From Nitrospirota bacterium (lineage in GTDB: Bacteria; Nitrospirota; UBA9217): 64,000 nt of DNA. Each line of letters starts with the position of its first letter. The stretch's first letter is position 1. The notes beneath the pieces were generated by a model. That model did not search any database, was not told where the DNA came from, and was given only the letters and a program-made list of their open reading frames with translations. The position numbers were made by a program, and so were the translations under genes. Positions 10,724 to 21,143 of this stretch are shown piece by piece. The stretch is from assembly GCA_963741205.1 (NCBI GenBank), contig CAVUHW010000026.1, positions 64,001-128,000 of the forward strand, in the 5' to 3' direction.

Positions 10724-11128
10724 ATGACCCGACTGCGCGATAACCAGCATTGCTACGTTTGCGGAAAAAAAAACCCCCCAGGTCTCGCCGTTGATTTCGC
10801 GATCGATTCGGCGGCACGAAAAATCAGTGCGACTTTCATGCCTTCCGAAGATCACCAGGGATACGAGAGCATCGTTCACGGCGGCATCCTCTCGTCCCTG
10901 CTCGACGAAGCCATGGCAAAGCTTGCCTATAGCCTTGGAATCCCCGCAGTGACCGCGGAGATTACGGTCAAGTTCAAGGCGCCCGCGGCGCCCGGAGACG
11001 AGCTGCGAGTCTCCGGCAGGCTCATTGAGGAGACAAAAAGACTGATCCTGGCCGAAGCCACGATAACAAGGGGGCCGGTCGTGATCGCGGAAGCGAAGGG
11101 GAAACTTTTAAGAATAGAGGAGACATGA
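10724..11128 (+). CDS. PaaI-family (hotdog-fold) thioesterase
   Basis: CYVCGKKNP and HQGY..IVHGGILSSLLDEAM motifs. Confidence 0.85.
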   Translation: MTRLRDNQHCYVCGKKNPPGLAVDFAIDSAARKISATFMPSEDHQGYESIVHGGILSSLLDEAMAKLAYSLGIPAVTAEITVKFKAPAAPGDELRVSGRLIEETKRLILAEATITRGPVVIAEAKGKLLRIEET

Positions 11129-11206
11129 GACAGAAGACAGGAGCAGAAATAGAAAAGGACATCATCCGATGTTTTCTTCTGTCTTCTGGCTTCTGGCATC
11201 TGATCC
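11129..11206. repeat. Inverted heptamer arrays (CAGAAGA-like / TTCTGGC-like)
   Basis: gacagaagacaggagcagaa ... ttctgtcttctggcttctggcatctg. Confidence 0.55.
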
Positions 11207-11210
11207 CTGC

Positions 11211-13367
11211 ATGACGATGAAATATACGAATAAACAAATCCTCGAACTGATCAAGACTAAAACCGGCAAGCCGATGCTCGTGCGCGAACTCATGCGCCAG
11301 CTCCGGCTCAAGGCCGAGGACCGACGCGAACTCAAGAAGGTCTTAAATGACCTGGTCCTCTCCGGCGAGATCATCAAGACGCGCGGAAACCGCTACGGTC
11401 TTCCGGAAAAGATGGACCTTGAGACCGGCCTCTTCCAGGCCCATCCCCAGGGCTACGGATTCGTGATCCCGGAGAAAAAAGGCAAGACCGATATCTACAT
11501 TTCCGCGCGGAGCAAGCTCGACGCCATGGACGGCGACAAGGTTGTGGCTCGCGTTTCTCCTCCGGCCGGAAAAAGGAAGATCACCGGCAAGCGCGAGGGC
11601 ATGATCATCCGCATCCTGGAGCGGGCCCGTACGAAGGTCGTCGGAACCTACGAGCTGCCTGATCCGAAAGCCGGCAGTTATGGGTTCGTCACTCCCTTTG
11701 ATGCAAAGCTGACCCAGGACCTGGTCGTGAGCCGCGAGCACGCCGGCGGCGCGAAATCCGGGGATGTGGTTTCAGCCGAGATCATCGCCTATCCGATGCA
11801 CGGCAGGCCCCCGGAAGGCAGGATCGTCAGGGTCATCGGAAAGACCGGAGAGCCGGGCATCGATTCGGAGCTTATCATCGAACAGTATGAGCTTCCCGTG
11901 GCATTTTCTCCCGCCACGCTCCGCGAGGCTGAAAGCATTTCGCAACAGGTGACCCCCGCCATGCGGAAAGGCAGGCGGGACCTCAGGGAACTCCCCACGG
12001 TGACGATCGACGGCGAGAAGGCGCGGGACTTCGACGACGCCATTTCGATAGAAAAGACCAAGTCGGGATACCGGCTGTGGGTCCATATCGCCGATGTGGC
12101 CCATTATGTGAAGGAAGGAACCTTCCTTGACGAAGACGCCTACCAGCGAGGGACCAGCGTGTATTTCCCCGACCGCGTCATCCCCATGCTCCCGGAGGCG
12201 CTTTCGAACGGCATCTGCAGCCTGAATCCGAACGTGGACCGCCTGACGCTCACCTGCGATATGGATTTTTCACCCCACGGCGACCTGCTGCGCTACGACA
12301 TCTACGAAAGCGTCATCAACAGCAATGAGCGCATGACCTACACCGCCGTGCGGGAGATCCTCGTGGACCGCGATCCCGTCCAGCGAAAGCGGTACAGCGG
12401 TCTGCTGGGACATTTCGAGCTCATGGAAGAGCTCATGGGAATACTTCGCGCGAAGCGGTCCAAGCGGGGAAGCATCGACTTCGATCTGCCGGAGCCCGAG
12501 ATCGTGCTCGACCTTCAGGGACGCATGACCGAGATCATCAGGGCCGAGCGGAATATGGCGCACCAGATCATCGAAGAGTTCATGCTCGCGGCGAACGAGA
12601 CCGTGGCCGGCCACATCGAGGACAAGGAAGCGCCCTTCGTTTACCGCATCCACGAAGAGCCTGACGAGGAAAAGCTGGCGGACCTGGTCGAATTCCTCGC
12701 CACCCTCGGCATCAGCCTGCCCGTTGGGAAATCAATCAAACCCCGGCACCTGCAGAAGGCCCTGGCTAAGGCCAAGGGCACACCCGAGGAGACCCTGATC
12801 AATACGGTCCTCCTGCGAACCATGAAGCAGGCCCGGTACTCGCACGAAAACGTCGGACACTTCGGTCTTGCCGCGGAGACCTACACGCACTTCACCTCCC
12901 CGATCCGCCGCTATCCCGACCTCATCGTCCACCGTATCCTGAAAGCTGACATCAAGGGCAGGTTAAAAGACGAGGCTTACATCGCGAAGCTCGACGAAAC
13001 CCTGCCCGAGGCCGCGACTCATTGTTCACAGCGGGAGAGAAAGGCGATGGAGGCGGAGCGCGACGTCATCACGATGCTCAAGCTCCGGTTCATGGAGGAC
13101 AAACTCGGCGAGGTGTACGAGGGAATCATTACGGGGGTCGCGCAGTTCGGGTTCTTCGTACAGCTTCGGAACCTCTTCGTGGAAGGGCTGGTCCACGTCT
13201 CGACGCTGACGGGCGACTATTACCACTTCGTCGAGAAACTGCACTGTTTGCGGGGGGAGCGGAGAAAGAGCGTCTACCGCATCGGCGACATCGTCCGGGT
13301 CAGCGTGGACCGGGTTGATACGGTAAGGAAGAGGATCGACTTCTCGCTTGCGGAGAACGAGCGATAA
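11211..13367 (+). CDS. rnr: Ribonuclease R
   Basis: N-terminal HTH, CSD (HPQGYGFV), RNB domain (TIDGEKARDFDDA; HFTSPIRRYPD) and C-terminal S1. Start taken at ATG 11211 or 11217; the upstream extension is repeat DNA. Confidence 0.95.
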   Translation: MTMKYTNKQILELIKTKTGKPMLVRELMRQLRLKAEDRRELKKVLNDLVLSGEIIKTRGNRYGLPEKMDLETGLFQAHPQGYGFVIPEKKGKTDIYISARSKLDAMDGDKVVARVSPPAGKRKITGKREGMIIRILERARTKVVGTYELPDPKAGSYGFVTPFDAKLTQDLVVSREHAGGAKSGDVVSAEIIAYPMHGRPPEGRIVRVIGKTGEPGIDSELIIEQYELPVAFSPATLREAESISQQVTPAMRKGRRDLRELPTVTIDGEKARDFDDAISIEKTKSGYRLWVHIADVAHYVKEGTFLDEDAYQRGTSVYFPDRVIPMLPEALSNGICSLNPNVDRLTLTCDMDFSPHGDLLRYDIYESVINSNERMTYTAVREILVDRDPVQRKRYSGLLGHFELMEELMGILRAKRSKRGSIDFDLPEPEIVLDLQGRMTEIIRAERNMAHQIIEEFMLAANETVAGHIEDKEAPFVYRIHEEPDEEKLADLVEFLATLGISLPVGKSIKPRHLQKALAKAKGTPEETLINTVLLRTMKQARYSHENVGHFGLAAETYTHFTSPIRRYPDLIVHRILKADIKGRLKDEAYIAKLDETLPEAATHCSQRERKAMEAERDVITMLKLRFMEDKLGEVYEGIITGVAQFGFFVQLRNLFVEGLVHVSTLTGDYYHFVEKLHCLRGERRKSVYRIGDIVRVSVDRVDTVRKRIDFSLAENER

Positions 13368-13634
13368 AACTCGTTGAAGTCTCACATCACTTTTGACGTG
13401 GCCGAAACTGTTCCCTGTGCCTCGACCGAGAGGCCAGCTCTTGTCTTGTTCGTCTTACCTCATGCAGCCTTCGTAAATTTCTTTGCGAGCCCCCTCTAAA
13501 AGACTCATCTGTATATTCAAAAACTTGCTTTCAGAATTTGCATGACAGTTTACCGCCTTCGAGCTGCTGCACTGCTTCTGCAATTATCGTTTCCCCGGCT
13601 TGAAATGGCTTCTCAATCAGTCCGTGCCGCTCTC

Positions 13635-16600
13635 TCAAGTGTTCCAGGCTGATTCGCGCTCACGGTCCTTGCTGTGGTCGCGGGCGACGAGCATGTAGAT
13701 GGAGGGGACGACGAAGAGGGTGAAGAGGGTGCCGACGAACAAGCCCCCCACCAGGACCAGGCCTATGGAGTTACGGGCGGCGGCGCCGGCGCCGGTGACG
13801 AGGGTCAGCGGAAAGTGGCCGGCGATGGTGGCGGCGGTGGTCATCAGGATCGGCCGCAGGCGGGTCATGGCCGCTTCGCGCACGGCCTCGAGCTTTGGCA
13901 TGGCCCTGCAGCTGGAGCTTGTTGGCGAACTCGACGATCAGGATGCCGTTCTTCGACACAAGCCCTACCAGGGTCACCAGGCCGACCTGGGAGTAGATGT
14001 TGAGGGTGGTGGTCCAGCCGCGGGTCCAGAACGGCGTGTTCGGGTCGGGAATCTTCAGGAAGATGAAGATGAGCGCGCCGAAGATCGCCAGCGGCACCGA
14101 GCCGGCGAGTATGACGAAGGGGTCGCGGAAGCTGTTGAACTGGGCAGCCAGCACCAGGAAGATCAGGACGATGGCAAGGGCGAAGGCGGGAAGGAACTTG
14201 TTCCCCTCGGTGCGCAGCTGGCGCGACTCGCCGGTGTAGTCGAGGACATACCCCTTGGGGAGGATCTTCGTCGCCTCGTCCTCCAGGAAGCGCAGCGCTT
14301 CGTCCAGCGGCCGCATTGCCACGCCGCTGATCTTGACCGCGTTGAGCTGCTGGAAGCGGTTGAGCGAACGGGGGACCACGGTCTCGCGGAGGGTGGCGAC
14401 GGTGGAAAGCGGCACCAGCTTTCCGTTGGGACCGGTGACATAGACGTTCTTCAGCTGGTCCGGGTTGAGGCGGCCGATGCGCTGGATCTGGGGAATGACC
14501 TTGTAGCTCCGCCCCGCGATGTCGAAGCGGTTGACGAAATCGCCGCCCACCATGCCCCCCAGGTCTGCGCCGATCTGCCCCAGGCTGAGACCGAGGTGCG
14601 GCCACCTTGTCGCGGTCGATGACGAACTCGGTCTGGGGCTGGTCGATCTTGACGTCGATCAGCGGCGGGAAGGCGAACATGCCGCTCTGCATCGCCTTCT
14701 GCTGCAGCTTCTGGGCAAACTCGAGGATCTGCCCGGTCTCGGCCGTGGAGGCCAGGATGAACTCCACCGGGAACTGGCCGCCGCCGGGAAGGGCGGGCGG
14801 GGCAACCGGGAACATCTGGATGCCGGGGATCGCCTGCAGCTTCTGCTGCACCTCGGGCAGGATCTGGAAGACGGTGCGCTTGCGCTCGTTCCACGGCTTG
14901 ACGACCATGCCGGCGAAGCCGGAGTTGGGGAAGGTGATCTGGAAGGTGAACTCGGTCTCGGGCACGCTCATGAAAGCCTGGTTGGCCGCTGCGGCGTAGC
15001 GGCTGGTCTGGTCGAGGGTGGAGTTGGCCGAGGCGTCAAGGATGCCGAAGATGACCCCCTGGTCCTCCAGGGGCGCCAGCTCCTTGGCGGACATGATGAA
15101 CATCGGTATGGTGAGCAGGCTCACCACGATCCAGACCGTATAGACCGCCGGCCGGGCCTGGAGGGTGGCGTCGAGCAGGCGGCCGTAGGCGTCCCTTGAG
15201 GCGCTCGAAGTCGCGGGAGATCCGGCCTGCCAGGCCGTGCTCCTCGATGCCGGGCTTGAGCAGCGTGGCCGACATGACCGGCGACAGGGTGAGGGCGACG
15301 ATCCCCGAGATGGTGACCGCCCCGGCCAGGGTGAAGGCGAATTCGCGGAAGAGCGAGCCGGTCAGACCCCCCTGCAGGCCGATGGGGAGGTAGACCGCCG
15401 CCAGGGTGATGGTCATGGCGATGATCGGCCCGACCAGCTCGCGGGCGCCGATCAGGGCCGCCTCGAGGGGGGACTTGCCCTTCGCCCAGGTGGCGCTCCA
15501 CGTTCTCCACCACCACGATGGCGTCGTCCACCACGAGGCCGACCGAGAGGACGATCGCCAGCAGGGTGAGCAGGTTGACGGTGAAGCCGAAGGCCTGCAT
15601 CAGGAAGACGCCGCCGATGAGCGACACCGGGATCGCCACCACCGGGATGAACACCGAACGGAAGGAGCCGAGGAAGAGGAAGATGACGACCACGACGATC
15701 AGCAGCGTGTCGCCGAGGGTTTTGAGCACCTCGCGGATGGCGTTGTTGATGTAGTTGGTGGCGTCGTAGGCCACGCGCGCCTGCATGCCGCTCGGCAGGT
15801 CTCTCTGGATCGCCGCCATCTCCGCAGTCACGCGCCTGATGACGTCGATGGAGTTGGCGTTGGGGAGCGGCCAGATCCCCATGAACACGGCGGTCTGCCC
15901 GGAGAAGTGCACCTCGGCGTCGTAGTCCTCGGCGCCCAGCACCACGTCGGCGATGTCCCCCAGGCGCACGATGGCGCCGTTCTGTTCCCGCACTGCCAGG
16001 TGCTTGAACTCGTCCACGGTGCGCAGGTCGGTGTTGGCGGTCAGGTTGACCTGGATGAGCGCGCCCTTGCTCCTGCCGAGGGCGGCCAGGAAGTTGTTCG
16101 CGGCCAGCGCCTGGCGCACCTGGGCCGGGCTGATGTTCAGGGCCGCCATCCGCTCGGGCTTGAGCCAGATCCGCATGGCAAAGGTGCGGGCGCCGAGGAT
16201 GTCGGCCCGCTGCACTCCGGCGATGGCCGACAGGCGCGGCTGGACCACGCGCACCAGGTAGTCGGTGATCTCGTTCTGCTGCAGGATGTCGGAAGTGAAG
16301 CTCAGATAGGCCGAGGCGAACTGGCTGTCGGCCGACTCGATGTTGATCACCGGCACCTCGGCCTCGGGCGGCAGGTCGCGGCGCACCTGGTCGACCTTGG
16401 AGCTGATCTCGGCCAGGGCCTTGGTGGAGTCGTAGTTGAGCCTGAGGCGCACGTTGATGGTGGAAAGGCCGAGGCTGCTCTGCGACTCCATGTATTCGAT
16501 GCCGTCGGCGGCGGCGATGGCGCGCTCCAGCGGCGTGGTGACGAAGCCGCGCACCAGATCGGCGTTGGCGCCGACGTAGACCGTGGTGACGGTGACCGCG

Positions 16601-16729
16601 GCGTTCTCGCTGCGCGGGATACTGGCGCACGTTGAGGGTGCGGACCGCCTGCAGGCCGGCGATGATGATGACCAGGTTGACCACCAGGGCCAGGACGGGG
16701 CGGCGTATGAAGAGGTCGGTGATTTTCAT
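13635..16729 (-). CDS. RND efflux permease (AcrB/MexW-MexI type), multiple frameshifts
   Basis: MKITDLFIRRPVLA start; VGLVVDDAIVVVEN, ALTLSPVM, SKNGILIVEFAN and RLRPILMTT across ORFs 15121..16554, 15036..15416, 13865..15127, 13771..14553 and 13635..13901. Confidence 0.9.
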
Positions 16730-16740
16730 GGGAGACCTGT

Positions 16741-17863
16741 TCAGTTGTTCTCCGGTGTGGGCGTCTTTCTGGAAGTCGGGGGCCAGCTTGTTGTCGACCA
16801 CCACCGACTGGCCGTTGCGCAGTTTGAAGACGCCGGTGCTGACGACCGTCTCCCCCTCCTTGACCCCGCTGGTGACGGCGACGAAGTCGCCGCGCTTGGC
16901 ACCGAGGCGCACGAACTGCTGGCGCAGCACCTTTCCCTTCTTATCCGCGGCGTCCTCGATGATGAAGACCGAGTCCCCGTAAGGGGCGTACAGAACGGCC
17001 GTTGCAGGAATGGCGAGCACCTTCTGCCGCGCGGGAAGCTCCACCGCCACGTTGGCGAACATGCCGGGGCGCAGCTTGTTGCCGCGGTTGGCCACGGTCG
17101 CCTGCACCTTGATCTGGCGGGTGTCGGCTTCGACAAGAGGGTTTATGGCGGTGATCCTGCCCTGCAACGTCTCCCCCGGCAGGGCATCGGTGGTTACCTG
17201 CACGGTCAGGCCAAGGCGCACCATGCGGAGTTGCTGCTGGGGCAGGGTGAAAGTCGACATAGATCGGGTCGAGGGACTGCAGGGTGACGATGGGGTCCCC
17301 CTCGCGGAGTATCTGGCCGAGGTTGACCTGGCGGATGCCGAGATGGCCGCTGAAGGGGGCGCGGATCGTTTTCTTGGCGATGGTGGCCCGTATGTTCGTC
17401 GGCCTGGGCCTCCGCCTGCTCCGCACTCGCCACGGCGTTATCGCGGTCGGCCTGCGAGATCAGGTTCTTCGCGAGCAGCTGGTTCATTCTCTCGAGGTTG
17501 GTGCGCTGTCAGGTCCACCTGGGCCACGGCGCCGGGAAGCTGGGCCTCTTCCGAGGAGGTGTCCTGGCGCAGCAGGATGTCCCCCTTCTTCACCGGTGTG
17601 CCCGCCTCGAAAGCGATCTCGACCACCTTGCCGGCCAGCTCGGCGGCTACGGTGACCCCCTGTACGGCGTTCAGCGTGCCGACCGCGGTCAGGGCGGTCT
17701 CCCACGATTCGGCCTTAACTACCGTGGAGGTCACGGTTTCGGGCGGCGGCACGAACTTCTTTCCCTGGTCGATCATCGCGCCGATCTGCATGGCCTTGAC
17801 GGCGACGAGAATGGCGATGAGAACAACCAGACCGATGATGGTGAGTATCAAGCGCTTCTTCAT
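16741..17863 (-). CDS. RND periplasmic adaptor (MFP) subunit, multiple frameshifts
   Basis: N-terminal anchor, GTPVKKGDILL, IRAPFSGHLGIRQVNLG, LRPGMF and GVKEGETVVSTGVFKLRNG pieces in successive frames. Confidence 0.88.
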
Positions 17864-18021
17864 GTCTGAATGTCTCCGATACCGGGTCGGGGAAGATTGT
17901 CGGGCCCATGGCCCGGGACCGCGTGCTGCAAGGCTCCGGAAACCATGGAGCTGTCCGCCTGTTTTTTACGTTCATGGCACGCGAAATCAATGCGGACTTA
18001 CAGCCTCACGGCATATTAAAA

Positions 18022-18050
18022 AATGTAACACGATATAAGGAATTTATCAA
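18022..18050 (-). promoter_or_regulatory. Sigma70 promoter for the RND operon
   Basis: Minus strand TTGATA-17 nt-TACATT with extended TG. Confidence 0.5.
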
Positions 18051-18182
18051 GACAAACTCGGCAATTTCACAAGAAGGATGACGTAACCCCGCAGGGGCAT
18101 ATCGATCTTGCCTCCTGGTTATGGAGGGCATGATCGCTGGAACCTCCGCCGCCCTATCATCGGGTTCCAGCAGCAAAGCCGA

Positions 18183-18671
18183 TTAAAACAACAGCCCTAT
18201 CGAAATTGTAGCGAAATTCTCGGCGTTATTGGGCCCCGACCATCCGAAAAGGACTTTGCCATCAGAATAATGGATCCAGCCGATTGAGAATAATGCTTTC
18301 CCTACACTTTTTTCATATGCAAGCCGAAAGTAGAACTCAAAGGGTTGTCCAAGGTTTCCAGTGGTTCTGCTGATGTGGCTCAAGCCCATGGTGAAGCTTA
18401 CATACTCGTCTACGGTTCTTGCCCACCGTAGTCCTCGGGCAAGGGCGATTGCTTCTGCGTGATTGGGGCCATTCCAGGAAGCGTAGGATGCTTCGACATA
18501 ACTGCTGAGGTCAAAAAGCGGATCGACCTCATGCCGGTAACGTAAAAGATTCGCAGTAGAGCTTTTCGAGAAATTAAAACCTATGCCAGCTTCGTATGAC
18601 AGGCTGTCTGCCGATGCTGGCAAGGCCGGGAGCAGAACCGTGATGGCGGCGCAAAGAAGAAGTTTTCTCAT
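18183..18671 (-). CDS. Acyloxyacyl hydrolase / PagL-like outer-membrane beta-barrel
   Basis: Signal peptide, amphipathic strands, LGQPFEF...IHYSD (H-x-S catalytic motif) and terminal Phe. Confidence 0.6.
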   Translation of the reverse strand: MRKLLLCAAITVLLPALPASADSLSYEAGIGFNFSKSSTANLLRYRHEVDPLFDLSSYVEASYASWNGPNHAEAIALARGLRWARTVDEYVSFTMGLSHISRTTGNLGQPFEFYFRLAYEKSVGKALFSIGWIHYSDGKVLFGWSGPNNAENFATISIGLLF

Positions 18672-18848
18672 TGATGTTTGACCGGCTAACGTTGATTAAG
18701 AGATTGTTGGGAATCCTCCCTGTAATATTGTGATCTGAAAGATGCGATACTGAATATGACATCGCACTAACGACGACAGCGGCTTTAGGTTGGATAGAAC
18801 GAAGCGAAGCCCGATTTCTTGGAGATAAGAGGCCAAATAAAAGTATGA

Positions 18849-19559
18849 TCAAGGAACGTCGCTTTCTTCCCATATTACTTCTTTCATATCGGGCATGGAC
18901 GATAACCGTTTGACGATATCTGACCAGTGTTTCTGGCTTTCGTCGCCATGATGCAGCCGTATTCGGTACGTCACGGTGTTCGCAGTTATATCCCTGTGGT
19001 AATTGACGAATTGAAGAGAGATATCCTGGTATTCGGCGAGAATCCCCTTGACGTGTTCCAAAAGTCCCTGAGTTTTAACAGACTTGACCGAGAGGGTTGT
19101 ATATATCCTACGATGGGAAAGGGCCTTGACTGGATAGGCGAGGTAAAGGCTCGCGATAATAATGGCCGCCGTTACAATGGCTGTAATAATATAACCTGCA
19201 CCAATCGAAAGACCTATGCCCGTAACGGACCACAGCCCGGCTGCTGTGGTCAATCCACGCACCGAGCCCTTGCCCTTAATGATTGCACCGGCTCCAAGAA
19301 AGCCCATGCTCGCGATGGCATAGGAGGCAATTCTGCCTGGGTCCAGGCGCACCACTGATTTATTAACATCGAGATCTTGATAAAAGTCTTCCATGTGCAG
19401 CGAGAGCATCATCATCAGGCAGGACGCGATGCTGACGATGAGGTACGTCCTGAATCCGGCCGCTTGCCCCTGTGTTTCCCGTTCAAAACCAATTGCACCG
19501 CCAACGATGGCCGCAAGCACTAGTTTGCCAATATCAGGTAAAATTAGCTGTGTATCCAT
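18849..19559 (-). CDS. MgtC/SapB family protein
   Basis: IGFERE, AAGFRT, DPGRIA..GFLGAG and GLTTAA motifs, with an ACT-like C-terminus. Confidence 0.9.
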   Translation of the reverse strand: MDTQLILPDIGKLVLAAIVGGAIGFERETQGQAAGFRTYLIVSIASCLMMMLSLHMEDFYQDLDVNKSVVRLDPGRIASYAIASMGFLGAGAIIKGKGSVRGLTTAAGLWSVTGIGLSIGAGYIITAIVTAAIIIASLYLAYPVKALSHRRIYTTLSVKSVKTQGLLEHVKGILAEYQDISLQFVNYHRDITANTVTYRIRLHHGDESQKHWSDIVKRLSSMPDMKEVIWEESDVP

Positions 19560-19655
19560 ACGGTAACTCCCTTGCTTTTTGCGTTATTTCTGGGATTTCA
19601 CTAATTTTGGATTCAGAAACTGAAATTTCAGACAACTTAAATACGGCTAAGTGAT

Positions 19656-19806
19656 TAGAACCTATCTCAAAATCTTTATTGCCTATGTCCCCGTTTTAGT
19701 GTCATTCCCGTGCAAACGGGAATCCAGTGTTTTCGCCCTTTTCTGGATACCCGCTTTCGCAGGTATGACGGAATATTGAGAATCGACAATTTTGAGATAG
19801 GTTCTA
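19656..19806. mobile_element. MITE-like element with perfect 18-bp terminal inverted repeats
   Basis: TAGAACCTATCTCAAAAT (19656-73) and ATTTTGAGATAGGTTCTA (19789-806); no transposase; encloses a REP-like palindrome. Confidence 0.6.
19701..19769. repeat. GTCATTCCCG...CGGGAATCC / GGAT(A)CCCG...GGTATGAC REP-like inverted pair, copy 1
   Basis: Same terminal motifs as the copies at 33684 and 36219. Confidence 0.75.
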
Positions 19807-19939
19807 GTATCTGCGAAGAATATATGCCTGAATTACGCAGTTGTCAACGTTCTCGAATGGCTTATGCTTTATTAAAAGAGATCGTAGACAGGAGGAACAT
19901 CGGATGTAGTGAAACAAGTGGGAATTCAGATGTGCGGAA

Positions 19940-20986
19940 TCATTCGGGCGCTCCGGCCTCGGAAGGCGTAACATCGATCTCTAGACGATCCTGCACGCGA
20001 AGCACCGACACTTTGACCGGCTTGGCGATGGGCCAGTCTGCAAGGAATTTCTGGAGTAGATCTACTGTCGTGATATCGGTTCCGTTCATGGCCACGATAA
20101 GGTCGCCTTTCCGTATTCCTCCCTGCGCAGCCGGGCCGCCGTGCGTCACTGAGAGGACTTCCACGGCAGACGCCTGCGTCAGGTTGAAAAAGCGTGCCGT
20201 CCTCCGGCTGAGCGGACGCTGCTGCGCGGCGATGCCCAAATATCCCCGGCGCACCCTCCCGAGCGTGAGAAGCTGGGACACCACCCATTTTGCAGTATCG
20301 GTGGGGATGGAGAAGCCGATGCCCTGTGCGCCCATGATGATCGCCGTATTCAGTCCCACAATCCTGCCCCGCGAATCCACAAGCGGGCCGCCTGAATTAC
20401 CCGGATTGAGCGGGGCGGTGTGCTGGATAACGTTCTCGATGAGCCGTCCTTCCCTGCTCCGCAGCGCCCTGCCGAGCGCGCTCACTACCCCGGTTGACAC
20501 AGTGGACTGGAACCCGAAGGGATTGCCGATGGCGATCACGAGCTGCCCCACGCGAAGTGATGCGGATTCGCCGAGTGTTGCAAACGGCAGGTTCGCGCCG
20601 TCGGCGCGGATTACGGCAAGATCGGTGGCGGGGTCCGTGCCCACCATGGTCGCCTCGTGCGTCGTTCCGTTCGTCAGCGATACGACCAACGATTTCGAGC
20701 CGTGCACGACATGATCGTTCGTCAGGACATACCCGTCCGGAGCGATGATGACGCCTGATCCGGCGCCGCCCCCTTCGGGCTCGGAATTTTTCGACCGCGT
20801 TCCGGTTGAGATGCTAACGATGGCAGGACCGACAGCGTCCACCACCGTTATGACCGCCCGGGAGTAGGCATCCAGGAGCTCAACGTCGGATTTCCCGGCA
20901 GTGCCCACCTCGCAGGGGCCGGGAGGATTTTGCCCGGTGGCTGCGTTATTGATCACATTGAGCGTTCTCTGGGTAACGTCGTCCAT
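19940..20986 (-). CDS. Trypsin-like serine protease with one PDZ domain (HtrA/DegP-like), no signal peptide
   Basis: GAGSG, LTNDHVV, TDLAV and NPGNSGGPL catalytic motifs; C-terminal PDZ. Confidence 0.9.
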   Translation of the reverse strand: MDDVTQRTLNVINNAATGQNPPGPCEVGTAGKSDVELLDAYSRAVITVVDAVGPAIVSISTGTRSKNSEPEGGGAGSGVIIAPDGYVLTNDHVVHGSKSLVVSLTNGTTHEATMVGTDPATDLAVIRADGANLPFATLGESASLRVGQLVIAIGNPFGFQSTVSTGVVSALGRALRSREGRLIENVIQHTAPLNPGNSGGPLVDSRGRIVGLNTAIIMGAQGIGFSIPTDTAKWVVSQLLTLGRVRRGYLGIAAQQRPLSRRTARFFNLTQASAVEVLSVTHGGPAAQGGIRKGDLIVAMNGTDITTVDLLQKFLADWPIAKPVKVSVLRVQDRLEIDVTPSEAGAPE

Positions 20987-21107
20987 ATCAGGGAATTCCT
21001 TCGATGGCTATACAGCGGACCATTCCTACCATTAACTTTACCACGACAACCTCACCTTCGTGGTGAAAAGGGAATCACAATCCACGAAGCTGACAACCCT
21101 GTGCCTG

Positions 21108-21136
21108 TTGAAATTCCAGCGCGCCTATGCTATCTT
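21108..21136 (+). promoter_or_regulatory. Sigma70 promoter of selA (probably leaderless)
   Basis: TTGAAA-17 nt-TATCTT with extended TG; ATG 7 nt downstream; no SD. Confidence 0.6.
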
Positions 21137-21143
21137 ACGGGTC

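Noticed and set aside
15452-17260. 602-aa MFP-RND fusion ORF
   Set aside because: Produced by frameshifts at the adaptor 3' end and the permease 5' end; the rest is out-of-frame Arg/Pro-rich sequence.
17976-17995. Sigma54 promoter-like TGGCAC
   Set aside because: No TTGC at the correct -12 spacing, and it points away from the RND genes.
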